In this document: positions 55,173-63,790 of the stretch, piece by piece | Position numbering within the stretch: the first letter of the stretch is position 1 | Layout of the letters: each line of letters opens with the position of its first letter | Sequence record: OR352956.1 | Origin: Escherichia phage AV126 | Strand: one strand, 5' to 3' | DNA: 64,000 bases | Program-made: the position numbers and the translations under genes | Notes under the pieces: model-generated | Database searches by the model: none | What the model was told of the DNA's origin: nothing | The model's input: only the letters and a program-made list of their open reading frames with translations

Positions 55173-55228
55173 TTGACAAGTCGGCTTAGTCTGGTAATAT
55201 GTATCTTGTAGGGCGGCAATGGTGCCGC
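55173..55228 (+). promoter_or_regulatory. promoter-hairpin cassette 17
   Basis: TTGACA, 16 nt, TAATAT, then GGCGGCA-atgg-TGCCGC. Confidence 0.65.
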
Positions 55229-55249
55229 TCACAAGAAGAGAGAAAAATC

Positions 55250-55534
55250 ATGGAAATCACAAAAAGCCTAACTAATTATGCAGCACGTCGCGGATTATGT
55301 TTAACCGTTGAAAACTTAGGGAAAGAAGACTTTTTGTGTTTTTGGGAGCTTGAAAATGATTGCGAGTGGATGTTTTCCTATTCTATCTGCGAAGATCAAA
55401 ACGGTTGTTTGTTAACCTGGCGCGGTAATATCTATTTACCGGAAGAAATTAAAGAAGAGTTACCAGGTACAATCATGACAGAGAGACAGCTTAAGGAAGT
55501 GATCAATTTTGTAGGGCAAAACATTAAAAAATAA
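55250..55534 (+). CDS. hypothetical small protein
   Basis: Start re-set to MEITKSL; 94 aa, Cys/Trp-rich. Confidence 0.5.
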   Translation: MEITKSLTNYAARRGLCLTVENLGKEDFLCFWELENDCEWMFSYSICEDQNGCLLTWRGNIYLPEEIKEELPGTIMTERQLKEVINFVGQNIKK

Positions 55535-55535
55535 T

Positions 55536-55597
55536 TTGACAGCACGCAAACAACGTAGTAAAGTTTACCACATAGGGCGGCGGAATGGTCCACCGCT
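55536..55597 (+). promoter_or_regulatory. promoter-hairpin cassette 18
   Basis: TTGACA, 17 nt, TAAAGT, then GGCGGCGGA-atgg-TCCACCGC. Confidence 0.6.
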
Positions 55598-55619
55598 CAC
55601 AACAGAAGAGAAACAAATC

Positions 55620-55790
55620 ATGATCCCGACTATGTTTTATGTATCGCGCAAAGGTCACAATATTTTTTGGTCTGAAGATTTAAATGAAGCCATGACGTTT
55701 GCCCGTGATCGTGTTGCTATCGGTGGCGTTAACATCACCGTAACCGATGAAAATGGCATTGAATACTATAACGGCGACGATGAAGAGTAA
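55620..55790 (+). CDS. hypothetical small protein
   Basis: Start re-set to MIPTMFYVSRKG; 56 aa. Confidence 0.5.
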   Translation: MIPTMFYVSRKGHNIFWSEDLNEAMTFARDRVAIGGVNITVTDENGIEYYNGDDEE

Positions 55791-55856
55791 TTAATAAGGC
55801 GGGGAATACTTCCCGCCACGCAGTGAATTTTCCGTTTGGGAAGTAAAAAATAAATC

Positions 55857-55918
55857 TTGACGATAATTTGTTATCTGATAGAATGTATTTCGTAGGGCGG
55901 GGCAATAAGGCAACGCCC
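55857..55918 (+). promoter_or_regulatory. promoter-hairpin cassette 19
   Basis: TTGACG, 16 nt, TAGAAT, then imperfect GC hairpin GGGCGGGGCAATAAGGCAACGCCC. Confidence 0.5.
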
Positions 55919-55936
55919 ATTAATGAGGGTAGAATC

Positions 55937-56041
55937 ATGTTAGAGAAAATTTTCACGGTTGCAGTAGTTGGCCTGGCGTTATCGGTTGGAGTGGTTGCAA
56001 CTATGGCTAATATGATCCTATCTTCCCACGGTATCGGCTAA
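55937..56041 (+). CDS. small membrane peptide
   Basis: 34-aa ORF not in track; RBS GAGGG; hydrophobic. Confidence 0.4.
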   Translation: MLEKIFTVAVVGLALSVGVVATMANMILSSHGIG

Positions 56042-56051
56042 GGTGAAACAA

Positions 56052-56267
56052 ATGATCACGAATAAGACAGGTAAAACGGAATTTTTACGCGGCTTGCAAG
56101 TTGGTAAACCTGAGATCTGGCATTGTACTAAATCCGCGCATAATGAAATGAAAGATTTTACCGCTACTTTACAACGTGTTAAAATATCTATCACACAGAA
56201 AAAAGCCTTGTTAGTAGTAGAAAACGAGATCCCGCAAACTATTATTATTGTCGAGCGTACAGCATGA
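56052..56267 (+). CDS. hypothetical small protein
   Basis: Start re-set to ATG after RBS AAGGTG. Confidence 0.5.
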   Translation: MITNKTGKTEFLRGLQVGKPEIWHCTKSAHNEMKDFTATLQRVKISITQKKALLVVENEIPQTIIIVERTA

Positions 56268-56650
56268 AAACAGAAATCATTATTGAAATCATCAACGGTT
56301 ATAAAGAAGCCTTTATTTTTGCTGAATCAGCAAGGGATCATGAAGGTAATTTTATTGAAAACTTAGACGATTATGATTTTTCTCCTAGCGCGGACGAACG
56401 GATCGCCCAGGATGTAACAGCCTTTATTAATGCTAATCTTGCCGCTATCTCTGAGGCAATGAGCGACGGCGCAACAGCCAACCAGATCGGGAATGATTTA
56501 CATTTTACCCGTAACGGTCACGGCGTAGGCTTTTGGGATCGCCCTGAAATATACACCACTAACACGGCGAACCGCCTAACCAATGCAGCTAAGTTTATGC
56601 CGAACGTGTCGGCTTACATTGGTGAAGATAATTTGATTTATATTGAATAA
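56264..56650 (+). CDS. hypothetical protein
   Basis: 128 aa; ATGA overlap with upstream gene. Confidence 0.55.
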   Translation: MKTEIIIEIINGYKEAFIFAESARDHEGNFIENLDDYDFSPSADERIAQDVTAFINANLAAISEAMSDGATANQIGNDLHFTRNGHGVGFWDRPEIYTTNTANRLTNAAKFMPNVSAYIGEDNLIYIE

Positions 56651-56656
56651 AAAGTA

Positions 56657-56713
56657 TTGACACAGATCGCCAGTGTGCTAATATTTACCACGTAGGGCGG
56701 CAATGGTGCCGCC
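56657..56713 (+). promoter_or_regulatory. promoter-hairpin cassette 20
   Basis: TTGACA, 16 nt, TAATAT, then GGCGGCA-atgg-TGCCGCC. Confidence 0.65.
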
Positions 56714-56731
56714 GATAATGAGGAAAGTAAA

Positions 56732-57031
56732 ATGGAAACTATCGCTATTGTTACCGTAGAAAAACTGGTTGTTGGTGATGTATTCGCGTTAATGGTGCCT
56801 AACAGCAGCAAGCTGGGCGCTTATGAAGTAATGGATCATAAAAATGAATCATTTGGCGACGGTTGCACAATGGCGGTAAAATCTTTAAAGGATGGAATCA
56901 TCCGCCAGGCTAACTGGCACAAAGGGAATCAAGTCGGTTTAATATCAGCTAATTTCTTGCCAGAAGAGCAAACGTTAGACCAACTATCAGGCGGTAAGAC
57001 GTTAGCCGAACTACTGGAAACAGCGATCTAA
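56732..57031 (+). CDS. hypothetical protein
   Basis: 99-aa ORF; RBS GAGGAAAG. Confidence 0.55.
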   Translation: METIAIVTVEKLVVGDVFALMVPNSSKLGAYEVMDHKNESFGDGCTMAVKSLKDGIIRQANWHKGNQVGLISANFLPEEQTLDQLSGGKTLAELLETAI

Positions 57032-57075
57032 TCAACAAAGGGGCGGCAACGCCCCACATCAGAAAGGAAAAGATT

Positions 57076-57312
57076 ATGAGTATTGCAACAGTATTAAACG
57101 CCGTTAAAACCGCTGAATCATCCGGCTTGCATGTTGAGCTTATAGATCAACCAGGTGGCGATCTCCTTGTCCAGGTTTACCCGCCGAAAGTAGGGGATGA
57201 TTATTATTGGGCTTATTCTGATACGTTCGAACAAGTAGACACGAAAGCGATCACGGCTTTTATTTTAAAAGCTATTGAAGAAAATAACTTTCATCATAAC
57301 ATCAATCAATAA
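57076..57312 (+). CDS. hypothetical small protein
   Basis: 78 aa; preceded by promoterless hairpin GGGGCG-gcaa-CGCCCC. Confidence 0.55.
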   Translation: MSIATVLNAVKTAESSGLHVELIDQPGGDLLVQVYPPKVGDDYYWAYSDTFEQVDTKAITAFILKAIEENNFHHNINQ

Positions 57313-57366
57313 ACCATAAGCGGGGCGGTAACGCCCCATTAAACGCAATAGGAAGAGGATAGACGC

Positions 57367-57657
57367 ATGAAAAAGATGATCGCAGTAGTTGCCCTGGTTG
57401 TTGGTATTAACGCGCCTGTACTGGCTAATGAGTTGCCAGAATCCATCACGCTAACCGATATCAACGCAATAAACCGGATCGGCGTTAATTATCGCCTATG
57501 CCTTGCCGCTAAAACTTTCCAGGACGGCACGACAGAATACCACGGATTCGAGGGTATCCGCTGCGGTGAGCTTGCACGCGACCTTAAGGAAGATCCAGAC
57601 CTTGAGGCCATACCGATGACCGTAAACGGTAAAGCTTACGTAAACCGCCAACAATGA
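57367..57657 (+). CDS. secreted small protein
   Basis: 96 aa; signal peptide MKKMIAVVALVVGINAPVLA. Confidence 0.55.
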   Translation: MKKMIAVVALVVGINAPVLANELPESITLTDINAINRIGVNYRLCLAAKTFQDGTTEYHGFEGIRCGELARDLKEDPDLEAIPMTVNGKAYVNRQQ

Positions 57658-57788
57658 GAAAGATAATCATCACAATGGGGATCGTAGTAGCAACGCTGGC
57701 GCTTATCCCCTTCATGGTTGAACATGTGCTGATCAGTGTTGTCCTTGTAGTCAGTGACCTATTGGAAACGGTTGGCAACTGGTTTTAA
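57654..57788 (+). CDS. small membrane peptide
   Basis: 44-aa ORF not in track; ATGA overlap; hydrophobic. Confidence 0.4.
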   Translation: MRKIIITMGIVVATLALIPFMVEHVLISVVLVVSDLLETVGNWF

Positions 57789-57797
57789 GATAAATAA

Positions 57798-57825
57798 ACA
57801 GGGCTTGTTTTTGTCCTGTTTTTTG
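57798..57825 (+). terminator. rho-independent terminator
   Basis: ACAGGGC-ttgtttttgt-CCTGT then TTTTTTG. Confidence 0.65.
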
Positions 57826-57963
57826 TTATACTTATTGAACGGGCGGCACTTGGGAGCAGGTGAAGATAATCACCGGAAGATCCCGCTATATATCGATAGC
57901 TAATACCTATCAAACAACAAAACATCAAAGAGATAAACTATCAAATCTTTACAATCCTACCTA

Positions 57964-58024
57964 TTGACACCGGATCACGCTTACATTATTATTTATCACG
58001 TAGGGCGAGCAATACAGCAAGCCC
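57964..58024 (+). promoter_or_regulatory. promoter-hairpin cassette 21
   Basis: TTGACA, 17 nt, TATTAT, then GGGCGAGCAA-tac-AGCAAGCCC. Confidence 0.55.
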
Positions 58025-58041
58025 ACAAAGAGGAAAAGAAG

Positions 58042-58410
58042 ATGAGCAAATCAGCAATTAAAGCAGTTGAAAAAGCGCAAGAAGTGATCGCAACGTCAAC
58101 CACTGGCGCAAAGGTTAATCTCGTTGGTTATCTGACAGATGAAGCTATCCGTAAAAATTGGCGTAATGCTGATTTACTGGCTTGCTTATTGATTAATAGT
58201 GTCGCTAATGCTTTCCAGTGTGAAACAGCCGAGAGCCTGGAGGAAAACTTGTTTGATAATATGGATCAAGCCATTGAAACCTATATACAATCAAACCTGG
58301 ATAGCTGGAACAGTAAGACATGGCCTGACAGCTTACGCGATACAACTGATCAACTGATCCGCCTTGCCCTGATGGTTGAACGCGATAACGTTCACAACCG
58401 CACAAAGTAA
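58042..58410 (+). CDS. hypothetical protein
   Basis: Start re-set to MSKSAIKAV after RBS AGAGGAAAAG. Confidence 0.55.
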   Translation: MSKSAIKAVEKAQEVIATSTTGAKVNLVGYLTDEAIRKNWRNADLLACLLINSVANAFQCETAESLEENLFDNMDQAIETYIQSNLDSWNSKTWPDSLRDTTDQLIRLALMVERDNVHNRTK

Positions 58411-58468
58411 GATTATACAAGGGGCGCACTAAGCGCCCTTTAACGTAAAGAAATGTAAATAATGCGCT

Positions 58469-58505
58469 ATCCCCTATTGACAGGGGATCGGCGTTATATT
58501 ATATT
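58469..58505 (+). promoter_or_regulatory. promoter with palindrome over the -35 box
   Basis: ATCCCCT-attgac-AGGGGAT enclosing TTGACA; 17 nt; TATATT; no downstream GC hairpin. Confidence 0.5.
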
Positions 58506-58550
58506 TAACTCACTGGCAGCAAACAACGAAACGAAACAAAGGACAACACC

Positions 58551-58970
58551 ATGAACATTAAATCAAATAATCCAGCTTACTCCTTCGATAACGCTTTTTG
58601 TCACGGTAGCGCCGCCAAAGGCTTCGAAATCGATGGTAAATTGGTTATCGTGAACGTTGACGGGGAAGAGGTTGCAGTGTATCCGGTAAACGATGTTAAA
58701 AGCCGTTTACAATGCCGCATGGATGTTACCGCATATCAGCTTGATCCGGTCCGTGTAGTTGCCCTGGTATTAGAGGAAGAGATCAAAGCAATGCATCACA
58801 GTAATAAGTTTATTGGTGACGCGCAGGATAATATGAACGTTTGCCGCCATAAAGTTAATGAAGCATTGAAAGAATATGGTTTTAAGGATCTGATGATCAA
58901 ACGTGATGAAAAATTCCGCTTTCGTAATGACCTGGCAAACCGGATCTACTCAATCTATGAAGCGTTATAA
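58551..58970 (+). CDS. hypothetical protein
   Basis: 139-aa ORF. Confidence 0.55.
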   Translation: MNIKSNNPAYSFDNAFCHGSAAKGFEIDGKLVIVNVDGEEVAVYPVNDVKSRLQCRMDVTAYQLDPVRVVALVLEEEIKAMHHSNKFIGDAQDNMNVCRHKVNEALKEYGFKDLMIKRDEKFRFRNDLANRIYSIYEAL

Positions 58971-58984
58971 TCGACAACAAAACA

Positions 58985-59012
58985 AGGGGCGCACCAAGCG
59001 CCCTTTCTTTTT
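58985..59012 (+). terminator. rho-independent terminator closing the island
   Basis: AAGGGGCGC-acca-AGCGCCCTT then TCTTTTTG. Confidence 0.75.
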
Positions 59013-59217
59013 GCCTGAACAATGTTGATAGCTTTCGCCTATGAAAAACCGACACAGAACAAAACTGAATAAATCGCGGTATCGAGCTAATCAACCATCA
59101 AACGAATAACCATACATCCCAGGGCAACAGGCTGTTAGAGAGCTATTTAGAGCGGTTAAAATCGATCTACAACCAACAACAAACCATCAAAAACACCCTT
59201 TTACCTCCTTTCTAGTG

Positions 59218-59237
59218 CAATGATAACCATTATCATC
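59218..59237. promoter_or_regulatory. Fur-box-like motif
   Basis: CAATGATAACCATTATCATC; 14 of 15 core positions match ATGATAATCATTATC. Confidence 0.4.
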
Positions 59238-59989
59238 TACCCATGATTATCTATGCAATATAAGCGCATAATTATAATGTTGATAATAGTTCGCAACAAC
59301 TAACCAACAAACAACATAAAACAATAAGCAAACTAATCATAATCAAAGGAATAATAGCAAGATGATTGATAACGACAAACAATCAAACCATGATGAATAC
59401 TAAGCAAGATAACGATAACACGACAAAACAACCAACTAACGAACAATAACAAACGAAACCATTAAAAGATCAACTATTAGCAAAATAGTGTCTATTGCCA
59501 TAATAGTGACTGAATGAAATCATTACAAAACGAATCATTCCAAGGATCATCATTAGCACGCTACGCCGGACACGTAGCGAGCTAATAATAAGCCAACTAC
59601 ACCCCAACAATCATAACCATCGGTGACGGTTATTTCTTGTTACTGCGTAGCTTGCAATAATTGCAAGCGTAATGACGCTTACACTTATTGCGCTGGCTTA
59701 TTATTAGCATTATATGTAATTACCAAGATCATAACATTAGCGCAATAACAATAATCATTACAATAATTACATAAGGAAACAATTAGCATAGCAATAATTA
59801 TGGGGGCAATGGGAGGATGATTATCATCATTCCGATACATTGCACACTATGCACATAATAAGATAAAAAGCAATAATCTTGGGGGCGAAATGTTACCGCC
59901 ACAGGCGGGAATGTTGAGCATCTTCTCTTAAACGTAAATAAAATCAGAAAATTCTTGATTTATTTTAGTTTTTATGTTAATAAACGTTT

Positions 59990-60010
59990 AAATAATAATC
60001 ATTCTCATAT
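59990..60010. promoter_or_regulatory. Fur-box-like motif (weaker)
   Basis: AAATAATAATCATTCTCATAT shares ATAATCATTCTCAT with 47973 site. Confidence 0.3.
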
Positions 60011-60167
60011 AAATAATAGTCTGCTTGTCATGAGCGGGATTAGTTGACATTGTTCCGTCATATGATGAAGTTGCCAAGCCATTGATAAATAAGTGTTTGT
60101 GTGATTTATAATCAAGTGGCCCACCTTGTCGCTACGTTGGCATGAGCCTTGCATAAGTCATTGAATA

Positions 60168-60190
60168 CGAATGATAATTATTCTCATTCG
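60168..60190. promoter_or_regulatory. Fur-box-like motif
   Basis: GAATGATAATTATTCTCATTCGC. Confidence 0.35.
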
Positions 60191-60529
60191 CATGATATTT
60201 GGGAATTGTCGCTGCGTGGACCTGACGGCCCGAAAATTCGCGTTAAGCACTTCTTACGTATGCGCCATGATTTTTGCCATATCATATTGATTCTATTAGA
60301 TATTCTTGCCATGATTGCCATGAAACAGGGTGTCCCGAAATAATCTCTCCCCGTAGATATTTTGGGTTACTTTTTATACAAGAGTGGGGTGTCAAAAATA
60401 ATCGGTATATATGGGATAATTGATAGGAATCCCCTATGATAATTCGATTGTAATTCCCTAAGATTGATCGTATGATGTTGGTGATTGATGATTGCCATGA
60501 AAGATGGCTAACGATGAGAGGAGATTATC

Positions 60530-60898
60530 ATGCAAGAGAGTAAAAATATTCCGTTGAGCAGTGCAGCATTGATTCAATTCTACAAAGCATGGATGGCTGA
60601 TCACTACAGCATGGATCGCACGGAGAATGGACTGTGTTTATGTATTCATCATTTTGTGCGATCTCATCTTATGAAAGATGTGGAGAATCCCCGATGGTAT
60701 GCCGACATAATAGATAGCTTGTTGTTTGAGATGCGTGCTCAGTTCAAAGACGCTGGCATTGATACGTGCGCACCCTTCAACACTGGATATGCGGATTACT
60801 TGATTGAAGTGGAAGATAAAATGTGTCACCTGAATCCACTTCGCATTCAGTGGGTGAAAGATCGCATTGAAGATGCAAATAATGCTTGCATTGAATAA
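60530..60898 (+). CDS. hypothetical protein
   Basis: 122 aa; RBS GAGAGGAG. Confidence 0.55.
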   Translation: MQESKNIPLSSAALIQFYKAWMADHYSMDRTENGLCLCIHHFVRSHLMKDVENPRWYADIIDSLLFEMRAQFKDAGIDTCAPFNTGYADYLIEVEDKMCHLNPLRIQWVKDRIEDANNACIE

Positions 60899-60968
60899 AA
60901 ATGTCTGTATGATGTTTGTATAAGATATGCAATACCGCGCATAACAAACAGCTAATGAGGAGATTGGA

Positions 60969-61199
60969 ATGCATAGCATGAAACGCATGAAAATTCGTAT
61001 TGAGAATGATGGTGGTTATAAAGGATTGGCACATGCAAAATTTCCACTTGTGCTGGAAGCTACGGTGGAATACAGTGGGCTTGCTCATGTGCGATTCTCG
61101 AAGATGATGGAAGTGCAGGAATGGTTTTGGGACGAGATAGATGCACGAGAAGGAGAAGATTATGTTTTCTTTCCTCACGAATATGAAATTATCTATTAA
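60969..61199 (+). CDS. hypothetical small protein
   Basis: 76 aa; RBS AGGAGA. Confidence 0.5.
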   Translation: MHSMKRMKIRIENDGGYKGLAHAKFPLVLEATVEYSGLAHVRFSKMMEVQEWFWDEIDAREGEDYVFFPHEYEIIY

Positions 61200-61211
61200 G
61201 GGTTGTGTGCA

Positions 61212-61451
61212 ATGATCACACCACAACAGAATGAAGCAGCAATGGATCTTCTTGATAGTTTGTATTTCGATAATTGGTACTCTGAATGTGAATGGATGAA
61301 TGTGCAAACTCTGAAAGAGAAGACAAAAGCGTTGATTACAGTAGATCAATTTCTTGCAGAGACGGAAAGAATGAATTATGATATGGCATCTCGCGCACGA
61401 CGCGTTTCCATTTTCAATAAAATGTTAGCATTATGGGGAGGTAGAAAATGA
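61212..61451 (+). CDS. hypothetical small protein
   Basis: Start re-set from TTG to first ATG. Confidence 0.45.
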   Translation: MITPQQNEAAMDLLDSLYFDNWYSECEWMNVQTLKEKTKALITVDQFLAETERMNYDMASRARRVSIFNKMLALWGGRK

Positions 61452-61909
61452 GACAACCATCTATACTGGAAGCGCATGTGCAGTGTGTTGTAGATTATGT
61501 CAAAGAACACTCAAGTTTATTAAATGTAACCTGTGCAGTGCAAAATGATGTAGGTATTGTCTGTGTGCAACATATCTTATCTGAAACTCGTTATGAAGTG
61601 TTTCGTGCCACGTTGTTTGGATGTGATCGGGTGCATGTAAACTTCCTGGACTCCAATTATCGTTATGCTTTAGAAAATATTGATGACTATCTTCCTTGCT
61701 CTCCGACAGGATATGTAATGGTAACAGCAAACGAAGTAACACCGAGCAACAGTGAACGGGAAGCTTTGTTACGGAAGAAAATACGCCAACTGCAAGTGTT
61801 GAATGAAATGCAAGAAGAGATTGAAAAAGAACTAAAAGAAGATTTTGGTATACTTCCAAAAGACGCTTTGAAATGGTATGATGAACTAGGAGGAGAAAGT
61901 TATGAATAA
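61448..61909 (+). CDS. hypothetical protein
   Basis: 153 aa; ATGA overlap. Confidence 0.5.
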   Translation: MRQPSILEAHVQCVVDYVKEHSSLLNVTCAVQNDVGIVCVQHILSETRYEVFRATLFGCDRVHVNFLDSNYRYALENIDDYLPCSPTGYVMVTANEVTPSNSEREALLRKKIRQLQVLNEMQEEIEKELKEDFGILPKDALKWYDELGGESYE

Positions 61910-62096
61910 AGGAACCACTGTATATTTAGTGACTAAGAACACCCCATGTTGGAATCAGTGCACAACGACTCCATATAAAATCTGTGCAACACTGGAACTA
62001 GCACAACGTGCAGAAGCAGAAGTTGACGCTATGCATTACAGTTATGGGGAGATCATTCCTTTCACTCTGGAACAAGAAGGAGCATACAATGTTTAA
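61902..62096 (+). CDS. hypothetical small protein
   Basis: 64 aa; RBS GGAGGAG. Confidence 0.5.
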   Translation: MNKGTTVYLVTKNTPCWNQCTTTPYKICATLELAQRAEAEVDAMHYSYGEIIPFTLEQEGAYNV

Positions 62097-62547
62097 AGAA
62101 GGCCATGTCTACCGTTTCCAGGATGAGGATTATATGCGACTGTATTCTACCTTTGATAAAGGTATTGCGACTATCATTGGAGAGAATTTTTTCGAGGTGT
62201 TGAGCACTGATACGAATGGTAATATCTTGTCAATGGTTGTAATAGGTATGAGAGATGGTATTATCACTGCTGGTGATGGGGATCGTTACATAATCAATTC
62301 TGCTCATATAGATTATTTTGTTGACGGTGGTGTTCGTGGTGGTCGTGGAAAACCCCAAGAAGAACCTGTTGATACAACAAAAGAAGAGTGGTATGTTGTA
62401 ATGACTGATGACACATGTATTTCTGGATTTGAAAGTTATGAAGAAGCTTTGAAAGAAGCAGCAGAGCATAAAATGGCTAATCCTACAGAAGAGGTTGAAG
62501 TTTATAAACGTTTGGTTGTTGCTACCATCGGCGTATCTTTTGTTTAA
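62089..62547 (+). CDS. hypothetical protein
   Basis: Start re-set to MFKEGHVYRF after RBS AAGGAG. Confidence 0.5.
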   Translation: MFKEGHVYRFQDEDYMRLYSTFDKGIATIIGENFFEVLSTDTNGNILSMVVIGMRDGIITAGDGDRYIINSAHIDYFVDGGVRGGRGKPQEEPVDTTKEEWYVVMTDDTCISGFESYEEALKEAAEHKMANPTEEVEVYKRLVVATIGVSFV

Positions 62548-62559
62548 AAGGAGAATGTT

Positions 62560-62997
62560 ATGTTTAAAGTTAATGCTGTTTACTGTTTCAAAAGTAAAGC
62601 TGCATGTGAAGCTTTCTCTATGATCTCTGATGAAAATTTCAAAATGGCAGCTTTGATTGAAGGGTCTTGTTTCCGCGTCGAAGATGTTAGTGAATCAGGG
62701 TCTGTTTGCTCATTGACTTTATTGGACAGCGGGGATATTATTGAAGCTGGACAGTATCCGTTCAGAAGTTGGGAGATATTGTTAGCTCGCGGAGAGCGTA
62801 ACTTTTTTATGTGCGTGTCTGCGGGGGAAGTTGTGAAAGAAACTAAGGATGTTTCTGTTTACAATTCTGAATTTATAAGTTATAGTGAGTATCAACATCT
62901 GGAAGGCATTGTTGGTCACTTGTTATCTCTGATTGACATTGAATGTGACTTGCCTGAATCATTGAAAGAAGAGTTGAAAGCATTAGATCTGTTATAA
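62560..62997 (+). CDS. hypothetical protein
   Basis: 145 aa; RBS AAGGAGA. Confidence 0.55.
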   Translation: MFKVNAVYCFKSKAACEAFSMISDENFKMAALIEGSCFRVEDVSESGSVCSLTLLDSGDIIEAGQYPFRSWEILLARGERNFFMCVSAGEVVKETKDVSVYNSEFISYSEYQHLEGIVGHLLSLIDIECDLPESLKEELKALDLL

Positions 62998-63024
62998 TGT
63001 TTCGCACAACGAAAGGAGAATAAG

Positions 63025-63324
63025 ATGAATCTGACCGAACAGTTACGCCGTATTGCAAAAGAAGCTTCCTTCAACTTCCCTGTTGAAGAAGTGATCGAGA
63101 CATGTTTTGCTGAAGCACGAGCGGGAAACTCTTCAAGAAATTTCACGCCATCTGATTTTGGTCTGGATAACTCCCCTACCCACCCAGGGGAGATCTACAA
63201 TCAGGTGAAGTGGATGGATGAAGCAGTAGCAATTCTTCGTGAGCGTGGGCTTATTGTTTATAAAGAAATGGATCTGAACGGGGCATACGAGTGGATCACT
63301 ATTGATTGGTCGGAGGTGAAATAA
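63025..63324 (+). CDS. hypothetical protein
   Basis: 99 aa; RBS AAGGAGA. Confidence 0.55.
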   Translation: MNLTEQLRRIAKEASFNFPVEEVIETCFAEARAGNSSRNFTPSDFGLDNSPTHPGEIYNQVKWMDEAVAILRERGLIVYKEMDLNGAYEWITIDWSEVK

Positions 63325-63533
63325 TGGTTACTATCACATTGACAGTTACACAAGAGCAAGCAGAAGAATTACGTGATGCACTGGCATATATGGGACGCGC
63401 TTATTATATGCCTCATAAATCTCAAGATGTTTTTGCTACAGCCGTTGAGAAAGCTTTAAACAAATACCGAGAAACTCATGCCGTTCCTAAAGTATCAGCA
63501 GAAGAGTTTGGCACTTGGCACGAAGTTCACTGA
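63324..63533 (+). CDS. hypothetical small protein
   Basis: Start re-set to MVTITLTV after RBS GGAGGTG. Confidence 0.5.
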   Translation: MVTITLTVTQEQAEELRDALAYMGRAYYMPHKSQDVFATAVEKALNKYRETHAVPKVSAEEFGTWHEVH

Positions 63534-63543
63534 GGAGGTTTCG

Positions 63544-63777
63544 ATGAAAGGTAACAAGATGAAAGTTAGTCAAGTGCCGAGCGCATACACTTTGTGGCTT
63601 GCGCGAGCGTTACACCAGACGATCAAAAACCCTAAGAAGCCAATGAAGAGCGGGAAGAAGTTTATGTCTAAGGGCAAAACAACCTTTGGCTTCACTCGTA
63701 TGTCTGTTAAGATGAAAAGACTGGGATACAAGCCAAACTACGCTCGTTACCCTTCCGAATACAACTGGTTTGACTAA
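63544..63777 (+). CDS. small basic protein
   Basis: Start re-set to MKGNKMKV after RBS GAGGAGG. Confidence 0.5.
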   Translation: MKGNKMKVSQVPSAYTLWLARALHQTIKNPKKPMKSGKKFMSKGKTTFGFTRMSVKMKRLGYKPNYARYPSEYNWFD

Positions 63778-63790
63778 AAGGAGAAAGATT

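Noticed and set aside
48627-55790. N-terminal extensions of many island ORFs in the six-frame track (e.g. 48627, 50861, 53988, 55199, 55536, 57964)
   Set aside because: The track starts at TTG/GTG or at the ATG inside the hairpin loop (GGCGGCA-ATGG-TGCCGC); these extensions run through the promoter and hairpin. Starts were moved to the ATG following the RBS.
48627-59012. Regularly spaced repeats across the island looked at first like a CRISPR array
   Set aside because: The repeat units are promoter plus hairpin cassettes of ~60 bp with variable sequence, the intervening segments are 150-560 bp protein-coding ORFs with RBS, and there is no constant direct repeat.
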